Source of the DNA: Elusimicrobiota bacterium
GTDB lineage: Bacteria > Elusimicrobiota > Elusimicrobia > UBA1565
Length of the DNA: 64,000 nucleotides
Assembly (NCBI GenBank): GCA_043827405.1
Contig: JBDRPD010000053.1
Span: forward strand, 130,893 to 194,892
Reading direction: 5' to 3'
Below the pieces are notes generated by a model. The model saw only the letters and a list, made by a program, of their open reading frames with translations, searched no databases and was not told the origin of the DNA. The translations under genes were made by a program, and so were the position numbers. Shown one piece after another: positions 63,292 to 64,000 of this stretch. Positions within the stretch are counted from its first letter, which is position 1. The number at the start of each line of letters is the position of its first letter.

Positions 63292-64000
63292 TCAGTTCTG
63301 CACCTCCTCTGGATCATCATCCAGCGAAGGCAACTTCTCAACTACATCCTTTAGATCTGACGGCATCAGATGCGTGTAGATCTGCGTCGTCACGATCGAA
63401 CTATGTCCCATGAGTTTCGCGATGCGGGCGGTATCGACTCCCGCAATCGCCAACCAGGAAGCGAAGGTATGCCGCAACGCATGCAAGCTCCCACGCTTAA
63501 TCCCGGCGTTGCGAAGGATCCGGGTGAACGCCGAGGAGAATGCGCCGAAGGGCTTATCCCACGGCAACACCTTCTCTCCACGCCCACATGCAGCTCGCCA
63601 AGCCTTGAGATGCTTCCGAAGCGCCTTACACATCGGAATCTCCCTAGGCTCCCGATCCTTGGGTGACCATCCATCCCTCGGAACGACCTTCAGCATACCG
63701 CTCACGAAGTCCACATCTTCCCATCTGAGGCTCAACAACTCGCCACGCCTCAAGCCGGCATACACTCCGATAAGTACCACGGTCCTCCAGAACCCATCGA
63801 GTCCCTTCAGCAGGTCCGCAACAACCTTCTTCTGGAAGAAGAAAGGATGCCGCTTCTCACGCTTGAGCCGTCTCACGCTCGCCAGTTGGTCCAACGTAGG
63901 CGCAGAATACTCCCACACCCTCGCCTTCCGTAGCGCTGACTTGAGGATGGAGATGTCCTTATTCACCGTATTCGGACCAATCCCCGCGTCGCGCCGGAGT
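63292..64000 (-). CDS. tyrosine recombinase/integrase, 5'-truncated by window edge
   Basis: GLRRGE (R), SPKDR (K), HALRH (HxxR), MGHSS (H) and TQIYTH (Y); frame stays open to the window edge (...GPNTVNKDIS...). Confidence 0.92.
   Translation of the reverse strand, partial: LRRDAGIGPNTVNKDISILKSALRKARVWEYSAPTLDQLASVRRLKREKRHPFFFQKKVVADLLKGLDGFWRTVVLIGVYAGLRRGELLSLRWEDVDFVSGMLKVVPRDGWSPKDREPREIPMCKALRKHLKAWRAACGRGEKVLPWDKPFGAFSSAFTRILRNAGIKRGSLHALRHTFASWLAIAGVDTARIAKLMGHSSIVTTQIYTHLMPSDLKDVVEKLPSLDDDPEEVQN

Overview
GC-rich bacterial chromosomal window with about 60 CDS. I found no rRNA, tRNA or CRISPR array. Gene style (PorV-like beta-barrel beside a FlgD/T9SS-like C-terminal-domain protein, long Ala/Pro-rich secreted N-termini, fibre-like proteins) suggests Elusimicrobiota; this is inference. 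Housekeeping and metabolic genes include a YchF-like ATPase, M42 peptidase, an AmmeMemoRadiSam pair, endonuclease V, PhzF, acyl-CoA dehydrogenase, mutM and two sugar ABC loci (one with GH130 and GH65). A tyrosine integrase is truncated at the right edge. Main leads: (1) a sigma70 promoter, an ~80-nt structured RNA bracketed by TTAGCAT direct repeats, an intrinsic terminator, a NYN RNase and an RX4H (HEPN-like) gene, which resembles a type III toxin-antitoxin layout with a NYN toxin; (2) one polypeptide fusing a PQ-loop/SWEET-like transporter, uridine kinase and cytidine deaminase; (3) an ECF sigma factor, TPR-CHAT protease lipoprotein and membrane pseudokinase module; (4) three tandem fibre-like paralogs with a T9SS-like cargo gene and PorV; (5) a 14-bp palindromic motif with 23-bp spacing upstream of several secreted-protein genes; (6) two highly structured intergenic regions. 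All calls come from reading the sequence; no database searches were run.
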